Source: Squalus acanthias (Eukaryota). Taken from it: a DNA stretch of 64,000 nt. Shown piece by piece: positions 60,701 to 64,000 of this stretch. The notes beneath the pieces were generated by a model, which worked only from the letters and a program-made list of their open reading frames with translations, ran no database searches and had not been told where the DNA came from. Positions within the stretch are counted from its first letter, which is position 1, and each line of letters opens with the position of its first letter. Where the stretch lies: contig CM059432.1 of assembly GCA_030390025.1 (NCBI GenBank), positions 146,756,001 to 146,820,000 on the forward strand, read 5' to 3'. The position numbers and the translations under genes were made by a program.

Positions 60701-62116
60701 ATGAAACCCCAGATCCCCGTTGCTCAACGCTTCCTCACCTTACCATCCCTCTGTCACGGAACATCACAGCGTCCTCTTGGCTACAAAGCTGAAATGAAAG
60801 GCACCACAAAACAAACATTCCAAACATAATGTACAAATGATTAATTCCAATATTACATAACAAAGTCAACTAATCACTCTTGTTCATTCCCTTAGTGTCT
60901 GTCTTTTGTGTTCCTTCACCTACTCTGGTGCTCCTACGTAGTGCTACCCCAGTGGCTGTAGCATGGCTGGTGGAAGGCTGCTGACTTTCTGTTGGGGACG
61001 CTGCAGATGGCCTTGCAGGACGACCTCAAGCAGCTCTGGGCCTAGAAGGCCCGGCTGTAGACTGCACCACCTCGGCATGGGCGGTAGCAGCCTGGGCTGG
61101 CTGGCTGACAAGCAACTGCAATGGCACTGGCGGAGTGGCAGTGGTGGGAAGACAAAAGCTGTCATCCCGAGAGAGGACAGCAGGTTATTGCTCCACGGAG
61201 CCACTGCCACTCCGACAGAGCGGCGCCTCAGCATTCCTAACCATCTGTTGGATCAGTCTGAGATTGCGTGGCAGCAAGCTGAGACAGCATGACAGAAGTC
61301 TCAGCTTCCAGTGCAGCACTCAGACTTTGGGTCGCTTCCGCTTGTGCTGAACTGGAAGCTGCAACATCGCCCATCAGACCCTGCATCATGGTTGGGTCCA
61401 CGAGCGCTCTAATGGAGTTACCCATCACTTCTAACCTGGAAATCAAGGGCTCCAAGCTCTGCACAAAGCCCCGTGCAATGTTGGAGCTGGACCCCACCAC
61501 GCTCCTTGACAGTGACAAGAGGCTCTCTGGCCTGCCATTGCACCAAACATTTCTGCGTGCATGCACATCACCCTTCCTCTGAAGGCCGCTCCATCGAAGT
61601 CCTCATCTGATTCCTCTGCAGCAAAACTCGTGTGCGACCTCGCCCTCCGGGGAGCTGGCACCTGTGCTACCCTTTCCCCCTGGCCTGACTGCAGCCCAGT
61701 CGTGCCCGGTGATTCACCACGTGCAGATCCCACCTCTATACTGTACTACCCTCTAAAGTTCGCGCAGTGTCATTTTCTGCACTGGTGCCTGGGAGTGTCA
61801 GATCAACTGACGGTGTCTCTTCTCCTCCATCACTCTCTTCCTCCACTTCTTCCTGCACTGTCTGGGCTGGCGACACTTCTTGGGTATCTGAAAGGAGAAA
61901 GGTTCGGGTTGTGGAGAGGGGAGAGGGGCAAAGCAAGATGTGCATGCTTACACCATCAGCAGCTTTTAAGTGAGAAAGGATTGTGAGATGAGGGGGAAGT
62001 GGGATCTGAGAAGAAGGATTAAGTTTAAGCGTACGGTCATCATCAATGCTTTCAGCCTCGCTGATTGCCATGGCCTCAGTGACGGCCCCTCCAATTTTCT
62101 CCAGAACTGTCTCCTC

Positions 62117-63693
62117 CAGATTTGCTGATGATACAAAGATAGGTGGGTTAGCAAATTGTGAGGAGGACACAAAGGGCTGGATTTTCATTGACGCGTGGAG
62201 GCGGGTTTGGAGGCGTGTGGGGGGTTAAAATTGCGAAAACTGGCGGGCGGGCACAAGTCCGTCTCCATCCCGCCTCCACGCAATTTTCATTAAATTGTAT
62301 CTGCTGGTCCCGACTCCGTCCCGCCTCTAAGAGGTGGGATAGGCTGGTAAGGCCCTTAACAAGCACTAAATTGCCTCTATAATGCCATTTGAAAGGCCTT
62401 TGTGATTTTAATCCTTGTTCTCCGTGAAGCACGCCTGTTCTGAACCACGATTGTGAAACCTGGCGGGGAGCACATTTGGCTGGCTGGCTATGGGGATGGA
62501 TGTATATATGGATGGAGAGGAGACATATCTGGGAGTGGTGGTGTAAAAATATCTGGGAGCAGACTTAGGACTGCTGCTGCTCATTTTGCATCCAGGTCCT
62601 CTCACAGCAAAGGCCAGGCAGTCTTTGAAGACCTTCAATGCAGCAGCAATGATGACATCATCAGAGGCGACTTTCAGACTGAAAACACTAATTGGTTCAT
62701 GGGTTCCCACATGCTGGAACTCAAGTGCCCAATTGGGTGAAAATTGCATCAATCTCCCACATCCAATTGCAGGCAGGTGGATAACACGAAAAGTGGATGA
62801 CACGACCCCAACCCACCCCAGTATCAAAATCCAGCCCAAAGAGTCTGCAAAGGGATATAGATAGGTTAAGTGAGTGGGCAAAAATTTGACAGATGGAGTA
62901 CAATGTGGGAAAATATGAGGTTATCCACTTTGGAAGGAAGAATGAAAAGGCAAATTATTATTTAAATGGAGTGAGACTACAAAATGCTACGGTACAAAGC
63001 GATCTGGGGGTCCTAGTACATGAAACACAAAAAGTTAGCATGCAGGTACAGCAAGTAATTAGGAAGGCTAATGGAATGTTGACCTTTATTGCAAGGGGGA
63101 TGGAGTATAAAAGTAGGGAAGTTTTGATGCAACTTTACAGGGCACTGGTGAGACCGCACCTGGAGTACTGTGTACCGTTATGGTCTCCATATTTAAGGAA
63201 GGATATACTTGCATTGGAGGCAGTACAGAGAAGGTTCACTAGGTTGATTCCTGGGATGAAGGGGTTGACGTATGATGAAAGGTTGAGCAGGTTGGGCCTA
63301 TGCTCATTGGAGTTTAGATGAATGAGAGGTGATCTTATTGAAACACATAAGATTCTGAGGGGGATTGACAGGGTGGATGCTGAGAAGATGTTTCCCCTAG
63401 TGGGGGTATCTAGAACTAGGGGGCATAGTTTCAGAATAAGGGGTCGCCCATTTAAGACGGAGATGAGGAGGAATTTCTTCTCTCTGACGGTCGTGAATCT
63501 GTGGAATTCTCTTCCCCAGAGAGCTGTGGAGGCGGAGTCACTGAATATATTCAAGGTGGAGATTGACAGACATTTGAACTACAAGGGAGTCAAGGGGTAT
63601 GGGGAGAGAACGGGAAAGTGGTGTTGAGGACAAGATTGGATCAGCCATGATCGAATGGCCGACTCCCGCTCCTGTTTCTTATGTTCTTATGTT
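62117..63693 (+). mobile_element. CR1 5'-truncated copy inserted in the Harbinger Myb exon 2
   Basis: RFADDTKIGG..CEEDTK|SLQRDIDRLSEW, ORFs 62893-63321 and 63322-63627, (TTCTTATG)n tail. Confidence 0.92.
62174..62837. mobile_element. Harbinger-type MITE (664 bp) nested in CR1
   Basis: Perfect 12-bp TIRs GGGCTGGATTTT / AAAATCCAGCCC, TSD AAA. Confidence 0.92.
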
Positions 63694-64000
63694 CTGCAGC
63701 CTTGCTTGCCCCTCCGACTGTTTGCTCCTGCTTGTGCTGGTTGTGAGCCATCTTGGCTGGCAAGAGAAAGGAAGTGTGTCAGTGAGTGTGATGCAATGTG
63801 TTTGGGTGATGTGCCTGTCTTGGTTGAATAGCCGGCATTGTGTGCAAGGTGTGAGATGTGGGTGTGAGGCTTGCAGCAGTGGTAAGTGTGCGAGGGTGAG
63901 GTAAAGCTATGATTATGAGGTATGAGTGGTGATTGCTAGAGATTGTGGGTAGGTGAGTGATGGGGGTGTGGTGCATTGGGCAGCGTGTGAGGCCTGTGGT

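Larger units (their letters stand above)
59042..64000 (+). mobile_element. Decayed two-gene Harbinger, interrupted by CR1, runs off the window
   Basis: Left TIR GGCCTCAAAATT preceded by TTA; transposase relic; Myb-gene exons on the minus strand at about 60900-62117 and 63694-63765. Confidence 0.85.

Noticed and set aside
1..64000. Host protein-coding exons or an intact LINE ORF2
   Set aside because: All recognisable ORFs are TE-derived and every LINE has stops, frameshifts or truncation; small host exons cannot be excluded without transcript data.

Overview
Vertebrate, most likely cartilaginous-fish (shark-like), non-genic or intronic DNA that is almost entirely transposable elements. No host protein-coding exon could be supported. 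Contents: many CR1 LINE pieces; L2 and RTE 3' ends; V-SINEs (HE1-like); a Deu-SINE-like piece; Penelope-like remnants carrying minimal hammerhead ribozymes; a hAT transposase relic; a Tigger-like MITE; a 2.5-kb 18-bp minisatellite; and a dense set of PIF/Harbinger elements. Best hunt results: (1) a ~3-kb ORF1-less EN+RT LINE whose 5' end is a tRNA-derived Pol III head, bounded at both ends by the same host CR1 and with no TTTT on its sense strand, i.e. a candidate Pol III-transcribed LINE; (2) a complete two-gene Harbinger (19295-23441) with an open 3-exon Myb/SANT gene and a transposase broken only by two offsetting frameshifts; (3) two 893-bp deletion derivatives of that family inserted in opposite orientation 160 bp apart; (4) a Harbinger family in which the transposase is replaced by a Penelope-derived hairpin; (5) TSD-flanked palindromic hammerhead mini-elements. 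Family names come from motif recognition only, no database search was run, and ends of decayed elements are approximate.
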